NCBI GenBank assembly: GCA_043228905.1
Contig: JBHGNT010000005.1
Location: 9,238,001 to 9,302,000, forward strand
Length of the DNA stretch: 64,000 bases
From: Azolla caroliniana
Taxonomy: Eukaryota > Plantae > Polypodiophyta
Reading direction: 5' to 3'
Position numbers and translations under genes: made by a program. Positions 25,501 through 38,500 of the stretch are shown piece after piece. Each line of letters starts with the position of its first letter. Within the stretch, counting starts at the first letter, position 1. The notes under the pieces are model-generated. The model saw only the letters and a program-made list of their open reading frames with translations. It made no database searches and was not told the origin of the DNA.

Positions 25501-26229
25501 CAAATCAAGGTCTTTCTCGTTTCTTTGTGAACTTTTTTCCCTCTCATTTTCTTTCAATAGTTTTGGTGGATTCAATTTATTTAGAAGTTTTTTATTTCTG
25601 TTGGAAATTTGTTCCGCGTTTCATGGTCAAACATTTATCTTCCGTTTAGATTTTCCCTTCCTTCATAATATCGATTGAGGAACCTGAATTGTGTGCCAGA
25701 CATTGACCTTGCAGTGTGTACCTTACATGCTGTGCACTGTTTAATGTCTAAGGTTTCGGATTTAGCAGACGTGTTCTCAAGGACTTGGAAAATGTTTAGG
25801 GTTTAGGATTTCGGGTTTTAGCTCTCATTTTCTCAAGGTCTTGTGTGATCCCAGTTTCCTTCACAATGTTGGGATTGGCCCTCAATTGATGCATACAATG
25901 TCTGCCCTGTATGTATGTTCAGCATAGTCAAGGTGTCTGATATCTTTCTTGCTAGATAGAGATTCTCCTCGAACTTGACTGAATTCCTTTTTTTGTATTG
26001 TCTTGTTTGCAGGCTTATAAGAGGAGACAGCAAATTCGTGCCCAAGAAGATCATAAGGAAAAAGCTTGATAGGAAAAAAAGGGAAGGAAACTTGTAAATA
26101 CACTGATATGTATGTGCCAGCTGGAAAATACCTGTAAAAACCTTGTACAAACACTGGTTTGCATGCAATCAACTGGAAAAACTTTTAGAAAAACACTGCT
26201 TTGTGTGTGATTTACTTGTTGCCCAAAGT

Positions 26230-27975
26230 ATGCCTCCAAGCGTAGATACTCCAGTTCAATTGCAACTTGGCCTTCGGGGGGTGTTAGGAAATGGAAAGAA
26301 TGGATCCAGAGGGTTATCTAACAAACCCTTGGGACTCCGTCGTCGTATATTTGTACAAACTGACACTGGAAGTGTTCTTGGAATTGAGCTCGATCGAGCC
26401 GATAATGTCCGAACAGTTAAAAAAAAGATGCAAACCTTTCTCAATGTGCCCTCTGAGCAAACCAGTCTTGTTTTTGGTGACGTGGTGTTTAAGAGTGACC
26501 TAAGCAAATTGAGAGACCATTCTCCTATACTCTTGACAAGAGAGATACATAGAAGCTTATCGACTCCTTGTATTTTGCATTCGATGGAGAAACAAGTGCC
26601 AACAGATGGTGGGAAGCCTTTGGAGGTTGTGGGCGGATCGTCAGCATGCTGCCCAGAAATACAGAGCATGATTGAAGAGATTCTTAGTGCGATCGAATCA
26701 GGTGTAGAGCCGATCGCGGCGAATGGAGGTCTCGGAGGGGCTTATTTCTTCAGGAATATGAAAGGGCAGAATGTGGCAATTGTCAAGCCGACTGATGAGG
26801 AGCCTTTTGCACCAAATAACCCTAAAGGTTTTGTAGGGAAAAGCTTAGGGCAACCTGGTCTAAAGAAGGCTGTACGTGTTGGAGAGACTGGAATCAGAGA
26901 AGTTGCAGCTTATCTTCTTGACCATCAACACTTTGCAAAGGTGCCTCCCACTGTTCTTGTGAAGGTTTCTCATGCCTCACTTAACATCAATAATGTTATG
27001 AATGGCCAGCACCACCACAAAGGAGATGAGAACACCTGTTCCCCTGTAGCTAAATTAGCATCGTGCCAACAATTTGTACCCCATGATTTTGATGCTAGTG
27101 ATCATGGGACGTCAAGATTCTCAGTGAGTGCAGTGCATAGGATTGGCATCCTTGACATAAGGATCTTCAATACTGATAGACATGCAGGGAATATTCTCAT
27201 TAGAAAGTCAGAACCTAGTGATTGTAGAGAAGAGCCCTGTATTCCAGTAAATGATGTGTTGGAACTTATACCAATAGACCATGGTCTTTGTTTACCAGAA
27301 GCACTAGAGGATCCTTACTTTGAATGGCTTCATTGGCCGCAATCTTCATTACCCTTTTCACAAGAAGAGCTCGATTATATCAGAGAGCTGAACGAGACCA
27401 AAGACGTTGAAACTCTAAGACAAGAATTGCCAATGCTACGAGAGGCGTGTTTCCGGATACTCATGCTGTCAACAACTCTATTGAAAAGGGCTGCTTTGGC
27501 TGGTCTTTGTTTATCAGAAATAGGGGAAATGATGAGTAGAGGTGTAATGGGAGAAGCTAGTCAACTTGAGTTGCTTTGTATGGAGGCTAGGCTTCAGCTT
27601 GAGAGGGAGGTTTCCGAAAGTTCCCTTTTTGACGACGCCTTCAATGATATTACTATTTCAGAGAGCTCTATTCCTTCTTCAAATATATTAGAGTTCTCGT
27701 CGCCGATAAAGATGCCTAGCAGAAGTGTGAGCTTTGGGAGCAGTCAGAAAGAGAGACACAGTAATCACCCTTCGAAATACAAGGTAGCAATGTCGGAGAT
27801 GACTGGGAAAGTGAATGGGCACTCTCCTCCAGCAATATCACTTGGTGATTTTAATGAAGAAGAATGGATTAGATTCATGGATTGCTTTGAAAAACTCTTG
27901 CAGAATATGCTTTTTACGTACAATCTCAGCAAAAACGTTGGTCACAAACGCGTTGGGGTTTCTCGCGAGTTTTGA
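26230..27975 (+). CDS. Type II phosphatidylinositol 4-kinase gamma (gamma5/6/7-like), with N-terminal ubiquitin-like domain; single coding exon
   Basis: Motifs RRIFVQTDTGSVLGIELDR, GGLGGAYF, IVKPTDEEPFAPNNPKGF, REVAAYLLDH, DIRIFNTDRHAGNIL, PIDHGLCLPE. First in-frame ATG is at 26230; probable 5'-UTR intron 25510-26012 (GT...TTTGCAG). Confidence 0.93.
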   Translation: MPPSVDTPVQLQLGLRGVLGNGKNGSRGLSNKPLGLRRRIFVQTDTGSVLGIELDRADNVRTVKKKMQTFLNVPSEQTSLVFGDVVFKSDLSKLRDHSPILLTREIHRSLSTPCILHSMEKQVPTDGGKPLEVVGGSSACCPEIQSMIEEILSAIESGVEPIAANGGLGGAYFFRNMKGQNVAIVKPTDEEPFAPNNPKGFVGKSLGQPGLKKAVRVGETGIREVAAYLLDHQHFAKVPPTVLVKVSHASLNINNVMNGQHHHKGDENTCSPVAKLASCQQFVPHDFDASDHGTSRFSVSAVHRIGILDIRIFNTDRHAGNILIRKSEPSDCREEPCIPVNDVLELIPIDHGLCLPEALEDPYFEWLHWPQSSLPFSQEELDYIRELNETKDVETLRQELPMLREACFRILMLSTTLLKRAALAGLCLSEIGEMMSRGVMGEASQLELLCMEARLQLEREVSESSLFDDAFNDITISESSIPSSNILEFSSPIKMPSRSVSFGSSQKERHSNHPSKYKVAMSEMTGKVNGHSPPAISLGDFNEEEWIRFMDCFEKLLQNMLFTYNLSKNVGHKRVGVSREF

Positions 27976-30238
27976 AATTGCTGGTTGTGTGTGAGTTTTT
28001 TAAGTATCTCCAATATCTTTGCAGGCTCTTGTTGTATCGTATAGATGCCTGGAATGATAACTTTTCATCCAGCTGCAGGTGACATTGTAAAATTATCTCT
28101 TTGGAGATTAGGACTTGGTTACAACAATGGTTGTCGAAAAAGATGCTATCTATCATATTCTACCTTGTTTCCTTTTATTGCTCTTGGTGTCTCCTATCTA
28201 GATTTTGTGCTCTGCAAAACCAATATAAAAAAAGAGTAAAGTAATAACTATGCAGGAAGAAAGTGAAGTACATGGGTATTGAAGTAAATTTATTGCTTTT
28301 AGTGGAAAGGTAGATTTTTAACGGGGTACGTCTCGGCGGAGATTGCATCAGGTTTGATGGTTATTAAGTTCTTTCTGATAAACCGAACAGGCAGGTTTAA
28401 GTGAAGCGCATGGGTGTTGATGATAATTTGTTGCTTTTCATGGAATTATCGAGTTTTTAATGAGGCATGTTTTTTCTTATGATGAGTTCTGGAGCTGAGT
28501 TGATTTATAGGACGATTAGCTTATGTATATTTTCAATTCACATCACCCAGTGGCACAGAATTCTAGACTAGTTGATTCTCATTATTGAAGCACATGACTA
28601 GCAACATTGGCCCTAACATGATTTCCCTCACCCTCAATCTTGTCCAAGCTGCTCAAGCTGATAAGCTTAGGAACGACTTGGCTCAAGCAGCCTAATCTTT
28701 GATTGGCTCTTTTTTAGATTGGGTTGGAGCAAAGATGCTTGGCTTCAGGCTCCTCAAGCTGAGCTGAGTCATTGCTTAATTCCTAGGTGCCCATTTATTT
28801 GGATGTCCAGGGATGTAAAGTATGTTCTCCGTTATCATTCATCATCATACATTGGAGGTTCAGCCTCTTAGTGCTGGCCTAAATTGTTGACATTGTTGGG
28901 TCGGTTACCTTCACATTCTTCAATCATTCCAGTACTAAATATAAGGCAAGTTGTTGAATGTTGCAATATGATTTGACGCATCATGTAACATGAAGAGAAA
29001 CTTGCATCGATATATAATAAGTTGATTGTGCATTCGTATATGAGGTTCGTGATTTCATAATATAATAGTTCCTGGTCTCACATTTTCTTGTCATAAACTC
29101 TCTTAAATTGTTGCAATGCAAACATTTCATGCTGTCCTCTAGGGCTACTTTTGAGTTGTTTCAACCATAGACAATGCATGTTTCATCTATAAAACCACGA
29201 CCTAATTATATTTATTGAAGTATTTGTCATAGTGCATCAAATATAGAAGCATTCTTAATATTCCCATTCTCCCGCAAAATTATTGTGTGCATGTTTCCTC
29301 CATTAACAATTGATTGTAAACTGATTTTTTGTTCCATTCATAGTAGACATTCTAGATTAAAGCTCACATCATTTTTATTTTCAAAAGCAATCCACTGATA
29401 TGATTCCCAATCTGTCGATTAAATTGCATGTATAAATTGATGAAGTACTCGCATATAACATGTACAAAATGTAAATGCAAAACAATGCATCTATTTAGGA
29501 AGAGATTTCTATATGATGCATGATACTTCAAAAAGCGATCCTCAAATGACTCCTAATGCATTGATAAATTGCTGACATGTGACACATGCAATAGGAAGCA
29601 ATGCTCTACCTATGTGTATATTCATATGATGTATGATTTAATATTTCAGCATAGATTTATATACCCATTGATTAGAAAAAGTATGTATGGTCGCATTTTA
29701 CTTACATCACTTGAATGAACTTTTATTATCTCATACCAAAAACATCTAGGAAGGTGGGATATTTAACTTCAAGATTATTTACGTGCAGATATAGGAGGCC
29801 ACATGACCCATACAAGTCCTTGTTTGCATATGTATTGCAAATATTTTCTATTAGAACTTTTATCAACAGATATAGGTGGACATGGATATGACCTTTGTTA
29901 CATTAATTGATTTAATATAATTGGATAATGCTATGCTAATCTAGGAATGATTGGCATGGGACAGGACAATATTTATATAGCAACAGATGAAAATCTTCTC
30001 AAAGAATAAATATAACACAAAGGACACGCTGCAAATGCATTAGATATTTGTCAAAAATACATATGATCCCCACCTATCCATTTATGTGCATGGATTCAAA
30101 GGGCATGGGACTTGAAACATTATCCTGACTCTACTGGCACGAAATTCTATAGATCTCGAGCTAAAGAATATATGAAGATCTCAGTTTTCAGCACATCATA
30201 CATTAAAAGAATAACCAACATAGTTGTACCTGACATTA

Positions 30239-33200
30239 TTACCATGGCTTCAAGTCTCCTGGTGGACCTTCAGTCCAATTCAGGAAGCTTTGTCCTTGTT
30301 CTAAAAACACGCCCTTACCATGTGGAAGCTTTCTTGCTAACCCATTCAGAATTTGGTGAAATGCATCACCAGGTTGAGCTGGCTGAGGGAAAAGCATGGC
30401 TTGTTTCATAGCAGGGTTAGCTAAAAGCCTTTGTTTTCTTAATATAACATCCGGAGGTATTGACGTAAGGATTGAATCCAAGTTTGGAACATCTTTCTCA
30501 TCCACAAATACGCCAATATCTTCCCAAGGAATCGCATCTGCAAAAGGTAAGACTATATCATCAGCAATGATCACAGGGATGCATCCAAAAATTACCCCTT
30601 CGACTAAGCGGGGACTCCAAGGAGCCCATCCTAACGGGCAGAGGCAAAAAATAGCCCTTTGCATGTCTTCATAATATGTAGTCGGATGGTCTGTAGATAT
30701 GTCGAAGTAAGGGTTATCTTTGAAATTTTCCCATACAGCTGCTCGTGCGCCACTGCAACATGATAAAGCTCATATCTTCCTTGGATTAGAAAGGATTTTA
30801 TTTTGAAAGTTGCATCATTAACTAGTTAAAAAACATTATAAGCAAAGCTCACCGTGCGTAGTAACCACCTTCGGGATCATTTCCTTTATCATAGAATAAG
30901 CCTCTGAAATACACAAATATGGAGCGAGGTGTGCTTGGAGGAATAAAATGCATTTCCATCTTTTGTGGTGGTGCATAAGGAGGTACTATTATGGATCCTT
31001 CTTTCAAGCAGACGTGATACCTCTGCCCAAAGGTCTGCACAAGCGTGGCTCGCCGTAGCATAGGCAAAATGCCCCTTGCAATAGCATTTTCCTCCTGCAC
31101 CGTGAACGATGGCAAATCGAAAGCACTCAGGATCATGATCTTAAGAATAATGTTTTAGAGTTTAGTCTTAGCACATAGGGTTAAGTCTTTCGACTTAAGG
31201 TTTAGGGGTTTAGGGTTTAGGTTTTAGTATTTCGTGTTTAGGGTTAACCTGGTAATGGAAACAAGCCCCAAAATCGTGTGGTACAACAAAGAAATGGTCT
31301 GCACCTTCTGTAGCATTCCAATATGGCCATCGTGTTGAGATATACTGAATAGCACTACGCATCATTCTAGGAGACTTGAACGGTAATGGCAAACCGTTAG
31401 GTGTGAGATCACAGGTTGTATATACAGGCGTGTAGAACCAATCTGCTTCATCTGGATTTAGTGTCCGAACAGGACTTGCTAATAGGAATTCATGTACAAA
31501 AATCTCTGTCGCAAACATATGAGTCAAGCACCTCCTGTCCTTTTCTAAGACTTTCTTGTTATATCTGCTTGGAAGTTCATAGACAAAAACCTTCAGCCTT
31601 CCTACAGGATCATCTTCCAAGACATCTCCAGCACTGCCTGTATTGGAAAATATTTATCTTTATTAAATAAAAGTGATATCACATGAAGACTAGTCAATAT
31701 GCACCACCTGTGAGTGAGGCATATCATGTAACCAATGCTAGCAACAAATCAATGGCTGCAATCTATGACTGTTAGGACCGATGAATTTCCTTAAAAATAA
31801 TTAAACCTTAATGAAGTAACGCTGAGGATAGAGCATATCAGTTTGTCACGGGGTCCTCCAGTAGGGGCAAAACAAAATACGTCTGCCCTGGTTTTGGGAC
31901 ACACCTTGAAGGAAGAGCCTTACCTTTGTGTGCACGCCATAGAAACTATCTGCGCATGGCAAGATGAACAATGAAGAACCGGAAGGTTGTATACTGTATG
32001 ATAACGAAAAGATAGTCTTCCTGTCTATATCCAGACCATAGCTGTCCTGACTATGGCCTCTGGCAGATTGTCTAGAAATCTATCAAGAGCTAAATTTTCT
32101 ATCTCTAGTGCAATTCAGTCAATAAGTATATTATGATGATCATAACATGCAACAAAGGGGCTTTTAAAAATGTAAGAAATTGGTGACATTTTAATGTACC
32201 TCTACTGGTTATAAGGATGACAACTATTTTATGCCTCAATCATGAGGTATCTTTCTCTATAGAAGGCCCTTGTAGACTTATGGCGTAGGACAAAAAGAGA
32301 ACTCCACAATCTTAACATTTTCTATCTATGCCCCTGGGATCAGCCCCCTTATGTATCTGTTGATATATAAGATATTAAGATGATAAATGTGTTTTCTATG
32401 TCCCCATAATAACAGGTATTAAGGGCTAAATGTTTGCTGTATTTTGTATTGAGAAACCAATTATGAAAGTCATAAAATTGTTGTATACATGATCATGTGT
32501 ATGTGCTGATATATGACTTGTTAAGATTATACAATTGCAATTTTTATCCTTGTCTCATTACAACGAAACACTTGTTGTCTACATCTCAATTTGTTTGTGT
32601 TGATATACCACTTAATAAGATTAAATAGTTGTCTACGATGCATCTGTTGTGTCCAAGTTATTAAGACTACACAGAATTTTCCTGTACCCCCAGAGGTATG
32701 TTGATATACCACTTATAACATTGTCAGTAATGTTGTTCAATACATTATTCCTTAAATCTTGTTCGGATCAGTGTTTTTCTATACGCCATTGCTTAATTAG
32801 AGTAAGAAGAACACCAAAGTTTACAGCAACATAAAAAAAAGAAGATTTTTTGCAAAGAAGAAAACAAAAAAAAGAGGTAATAAATCTGCACAATAATCAA
32901 TCCACATTATTAGGCAAATGAGAATTGGAAAAAAATAGTAATGTTACGAAAAACTTCACAGAAAACTATATATCACAAAGAAATACTTCACTGCACAGAG
33001 TTCTCACTAACTTATCTGTTATTTCCTTCTTTTTCAAGAGAAGCTATATCATATACCATTTCCAAACCCTGATCTAGGGTTCCATGTATATCGGTGAAAA
33101 ACGAGAGATCAAAATGGGATGATGAAATGTTATCAAAAGAAAGAGGCAAAAACATTCTACCTGAGATCCGTTCTTGAGGAGATGCAGAAAGAGGAGGAAG

Positions 33201-33251
33201 GAACGAAATTGAAACAAGAAGAGAAATGGCCAGAAGAACGGCCCTCTTCAT
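30239..33251 (-). CDS. IRX10: GT47/exostosin-family xylan beta-1,4-xylosyltransferase (IRX10/IRX10L-like); exons 33251-33161, 31637-31249, 31094-30853, 30752-30239
   Basis: Signal-anchor N-terminus, then ERISG/SAGDVLEDDPVGRLKVFVYELP, HFFVVPHDFGACFHYQ, DPEGGYYAR/GARAAVWENF, FCLCPLGWAPWSPRLVE and C-terminal GDLKPW; GT-AG introns preserve the frame. Confidence 0.95.
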
Positions 33252-33807
33252 CGTTTTGTGTCAGTAGAGATCACCTTATTTCTTTGAGCACGGCGATGGA
33301 GCCTTCTTCTTCACCTTCTCCGTCTACTTCTGTATACATTTCAATTTCCATCTTTTTTTATTTATTTGAGCGCTTGTCACTTTAGTCTGTCTTCATCATA
33401 GACAAATGATTTCCTTTCCTTTAAGTTTCTTTATTTCCCAAAATGCCCCTACGGCTTTTTCATTCTTTGAATCATGATGGGGGGGCATTCCAGAGAAATA
33501 AAGAATTAGAATTAGAATTTTTATTGTCCATAACGAGGCCAAATTTGACCTATGGGACGAGAGTATACATGTGTTCTTGATATGTGTCTCCTTCCTAAAA
33601 AGTGTTCTTCATACATTGAAGTTTAAAGTCTTTATGCGTGAATACAACATACACATATGAGCTCAACCGTCTAGGTGGTGTCTTAAGTATGGCACTTAAG
33701 TTATCACTCCCTCTTAGTATGTTAGCATATCTTGAACGAATTGCACTATATGCCGAGCATGCGAAGAGCAAGTGACATTCATCCTATTGCATATTTTACA
33801 TGTTGTT

Positions 33808-35516
33808 TCAAAAGAGTTACGTGCGGAAGCTTTTAGACAAAACTGACTTCACCGAGTATCAACAGAATATGTGCAGGTTTAATTGATGCTAGAAGAATAC
33901 ACAAAGAGGGTGGGAGAGACAGAGAGAGCAGAACATCAAACCTCAATTCAAAAATAATGAACACTCTGTACATACAATGTGCTCCTTGAGCACTTTTATA
34001 CAAGTCCTTAAAGTACTAACAGAAGTACTGACATGTACTTCAATGCTCGTACTGAGCGACTAACACTAACTCCTAAAAACATGCCTACATACTAGGCTAG
34101 GATCGTAGGCCTCTAACAGCCTACCAGTTACACTCAGATCCGGACACCAATCCGGATCATGTCGAGCTTGCTCACTCAACACTCCCCCTCAAGCTCAATC
34201 TTGAGGTCGGATCGCGGTGCCAGTGTCTACCGGTCCTTCCCTTTGGCTCCTCCTGGAGTCTTCTCGCCTTGCTTGCGCTCCTCAACCCATCTGGTCCTAC
34301 CTTCCATGACTCGTCCAATTCCCCTCACCTAGACCTTCTTAGTCGGCTTGTCTTTTCATAAGGCACATCTCAACTCCTTCACTGCTATGACTCTGGTGCT
34401 TCTCGACCCATCAGTTCCTCCGTGTCGACATCGACTTCCGCTGCCTTCTCGTCCATTTGGTCTTCAGTTGATTCGGCTCCTCCGAATCGGCTGCCTCTGA
34501 TTCGTCTTCAATCTTTAGGCCCTTCAATCCAAAGGAAACAATCCAAACAGGGGGAGACAAGAAAAAAAAGGGAGTCTAGTCGGCTGAGGAAGTTGGCACA
34601 TCCGATCAAGTCAGAATAAGTGGCGACGGCGGCAGAGTCAAGACGGATAAAGCCGACTGAAAGAAGAAGGCCAAGACTCGGATGCGGTCCGATGTTGTGA
34701 AGGGCCTGAAGATCGAGGACGAATTGGAGACAACCAATTCGGACAAGAGTTGGAACGAATTGGAGGAAGTCGATTCGGAGAAGCCAAATCAACTCAAGGC
34801 CAAACAGACTAGAAGGCAGTTGAAGTCAACACCGACACGAAGGAATCGAAGGGTCGAGAAGCGCCGAAATCATAGCAACGAAGGAGGTGAGATGGGCCTT
34901 ATGAGCAGACAAAGTCGACCAAGAAGCTCTAGGTGTGCGAAACCAGACGGGTCGTGGAAAGCGGGACCGGACGGGGCGAGGAGCGCAAGTGAGGCGTGAA
35001 GACGCCAGGAGAAGCCAGAGGGAATGACCGGAAGACACTGACACGACGATCCAACCTCAAGTTGAGCTCGAGGGGGAGTGTTGAGTGAGCAAGCTCAACA
35101 AGATCCGGATCTGCTGAATAAACCAAGAGCCGGATCAATGTCCGGATTGGTGTCTGGAACGGAGAGCCGGATCAGTGTCCCAATCTTAGTGTAACCGGTA
35201 GGCTGTTAGAGACCTATGATCCTAGCCTAGTACGTAGGCATATTTTTAGGAGTAAGTGCCAATAGCTCGGTACGAGCATTGAAGTACATCTTAGTACTTC
35301 TATCAATCCTTTTAAGGACTTCTATAAAAGTGCTCATTGAGTACATTGTATGTATAGAGTGTTCATTATTTTTGGAATAGAGTTTACGTTTTGGTTTCTC
35401 TATCTCTCCCGCTCTCTCTGTGTATTCTTGTAGCTTCCATTAAACTTGCACATATTTTCTGCTGATATCCGGCGAAGTCAGTTTTGTCTACGAGCTTCCG
35501 CATGTAACTCTTTTCA
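33808..35516. mobile_element. Two 3' ends of the same LTR retroelement family in inverted orientation (LTR 33808-34181 on -, LTR 35079-35516 on +)
   Basis: Each LTR is preceded by PPT AGGGGGAG then TGTTGAGTGAGCAAGCTC. The inverted similarity continues through the 3' UTRs (about 34182-34527 vs 34697-35078). No TSD. Confidence 0.85.
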
Positions 35517-38500
35517 ATGACAAATGGGGTCTGGAACGTAAACTTCCATTAGTCACATTCACGATTGCACAAATTATACACATTACAAAGGCCAAGCTTG
35601 TTTAACATGTTGGCGCAAAGACAAGTGATCCATGAGAGTGGATATGCAAGGGAGTGGCTAATGGTGTTGAGCTTGTGACAATCTTCTCATATATAGTGAC
35701 TTGTCCTTCTTGGCAACAAACATAAGTGAAGCACACATGGATTTGTTGGTGTAGATGAAGCCTTTGACAAGGTTATCATCAAAATATTCACACAATGCAT
35801 GTTATTCATGTGGTAGGTTGAGCCAAATGAGACTCGTCCATCGAGAACAAGTATGATGGTGCAATGTTTTGGGAAGTGGGGTGGTATTTAGCCTACATTA
35901 GCCTTGTTGAAGACATATACAAGGTCAATCGAACTCCGTAGATTGGGCAACTACCATTCGTAAGTAGACAATACATCTAGTCAAGTCAATCTATGGATTG
36001 TAATCTTGAAGCCATGGGATGGGGTACCCAACATAATGGGCATGTGGGGACATCAACTATTCACCTAGTCACCAATGGTCATGCGCAATGGTTCTATTTT
36101 GTACACAATCAATAGCAAAGCATGATCGTTGACATTTGTTGCTAGAAGAGGCAAATGCCCTACACACCAATTCAAATGTTGAATATGATGATATGTGACC
36201 TTGCCGAATTCTCCCTCTTCATGGTTGAGATTTCCTAACTTCTCTAGCACTATCACTGCCACAAAAGAAGTCCTTTTAACTTTACAACATATTTTCTCAC
36301 CCCAACTTGCGAATCAAAAGTGAAGGTTAGAGGTTCGAATCTTAATACTCTCTCTCTCTCTCTCATGTACGTGTTGTGAGTTGAGTGGTTATCATTAAGG
36401 GATACTAGGCTTTTAATCTCTTTGTTTGTGTTTACTAGTATATGTATCTAATGTTAAAACCCATTAGGGTATAAGTTAGCTTCTTAGTGAGATTGACACT
36501 TCTACGAGAGATGAGTGGGACTTTTCAAGATCAAGGTTAGCAAAGTAAGAGGCTTCAGAGTGCTTGACAACCACTATCGCTTGACTTGCCATCAATAGGT
36601 ATACAGTGGTTTGAAATCCTTAACCTACAATATTAGCATAGAGATACAACTCCTCTAATACAAAGACGTGCACTCGGTGCAAACATCTAGAGTCAACACA
36701 AGCATCAATTCAACTCTTTGTCAACTTTATGGAAATTTGATTGATAGAATGGTAGGTTGTAATATGGTATCTCCCACGTGGCTATAGATAGTTGTATTGA
36801 ATACTTATAATTGATTGCGTTAAAGATGTTGTTAACATTATGTTGTTGAGTGTGAGCGTGACGTGAGGTATCTCCACATGGAAAAGATTGTGAATATTGC
36901 GAGAATGCTTAACAAGTTTGGGTTACAAAATTTTATCTTGAATATTCAACAAACCTTGAAGAACTTGATTGTGTTGATATTACATGAATCATTGTGAAAT
37001 CATCTCAAACTTCATTGCTTGAGAAACTTGATTCATGTGCAGATGGTGAGAGAGAATGAATGTAATACACAATGTAATTAGCATAAATCTTTTTGTGCAA
37101 GGGAAATGTGATCATGCAAATTCCAAGTACAACTGTGCCAACAAACATTGCATATTATGTCAAAGGAAACATCATATATGCGAAGAATAACTTACTAGTG
37201 ATAAATGAGACTTCACAAATAAGAACACTCTTACAAGGAGAACTCATCAATAAATGAAAATTCTAAGTGTGCATCCATGTGATATCTTGTACATAACAAA
37301 GGCTAGTTTGCACAAAATTGTCATCATGTATAAGACATATGTTTGGCATCACCTCTTTGTGGATTTAAAGAATCATAGAATAAAGTAAAGGAGTGATTTA
37401 GTGGGTCATTTACTTTTTTTGTCCCTAAATGGTTCCCCATCTATTTCTGACCCTAACTCAAGTTAGTCACTCCTCTCTCCCTTCCCATTGCCGTAATGAT
37501 GTCACAATAGCATCCTCTTGACCACCCTTCATCATGCTCAATTTGTTCCTTTAGGTTGTGGGTTGGAGTTCTTCAATGACAAAATGTTCATACTTAGAAC
37601 TTCCTTGGATTGTTGACTTCCTTGAATGTTCTAAATCATCACACTTAGAAAAACCTAAGTGGTCCATGACATCCCCCATCAAGTTCATCGAACTGTCGAT
37701 CTAATAGATCTCGCATTTTGTTCTTCCAAATGGTTGGTTAGCTACATCACACGTTCAAGTCTACTTTGAATATATATAACTTCAGCTCCTTCCACAACTT
37801 TGCTCTCTTATATATCTGATATTAATATGAAGTCTTAAGACATTCCTTCTTTTCTCTCATCAGTTCTTGTTTCAAATTGAGTCTCACAAGTCCATGCTTT
37901 TATTGGTTATGATTGCTCTAATCACATTTTTTGGGAGTTCAACAAAATAGTTTGTACATTGTTGAGATGGAATAACTCATTGTGGATGTGTTGTTCAATG
38001 ACAAAAGATAGCAAGAAACACACTCAAACTCAAATAAACATTCATTTAGTAAAATAATCCAGCTACATGAAGCATCCATTAAAGAACATAGGAATAACAC
38101 AAATGCAAACAAGAGACGCACCAAATGTACAATACCAACAATGCAATAATATATTTACAAGATGCATTTGCACATTCGACTTTTTGTCACTTTGGCAAGG
38201 CTTCAAGTTATATATCAAAACTGCACATATATTGACTATATTGATACAAAAATATGTTAGGTGTGTGAACATGACAGAACAATTTTTTTGTTGAATCATG
38301 ATTATAGAGGATTCTTGAAATTTTTACAAAGATGCTTGATAGGGCCTAGAACTCCAGAAATAAGATTGGTGGTATTTCATCACTTAATTTGATTTTAATT
38401 CTTTAAATATCTCCAATCCGAACATAAAGATATGGTTACCAATGTTGGCGTGGCACCAACTGTTGCAGTTCTATGTCAATGTGACAACAAATTGGGGTTC

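Noticed and set aside
26143-26229. ORF-track N-terminal extension of PI4K gamma (610 aa)
   Set aside because: Starts at TTG; the first in-frame ATG is 26230 and the extension has no family similarity.
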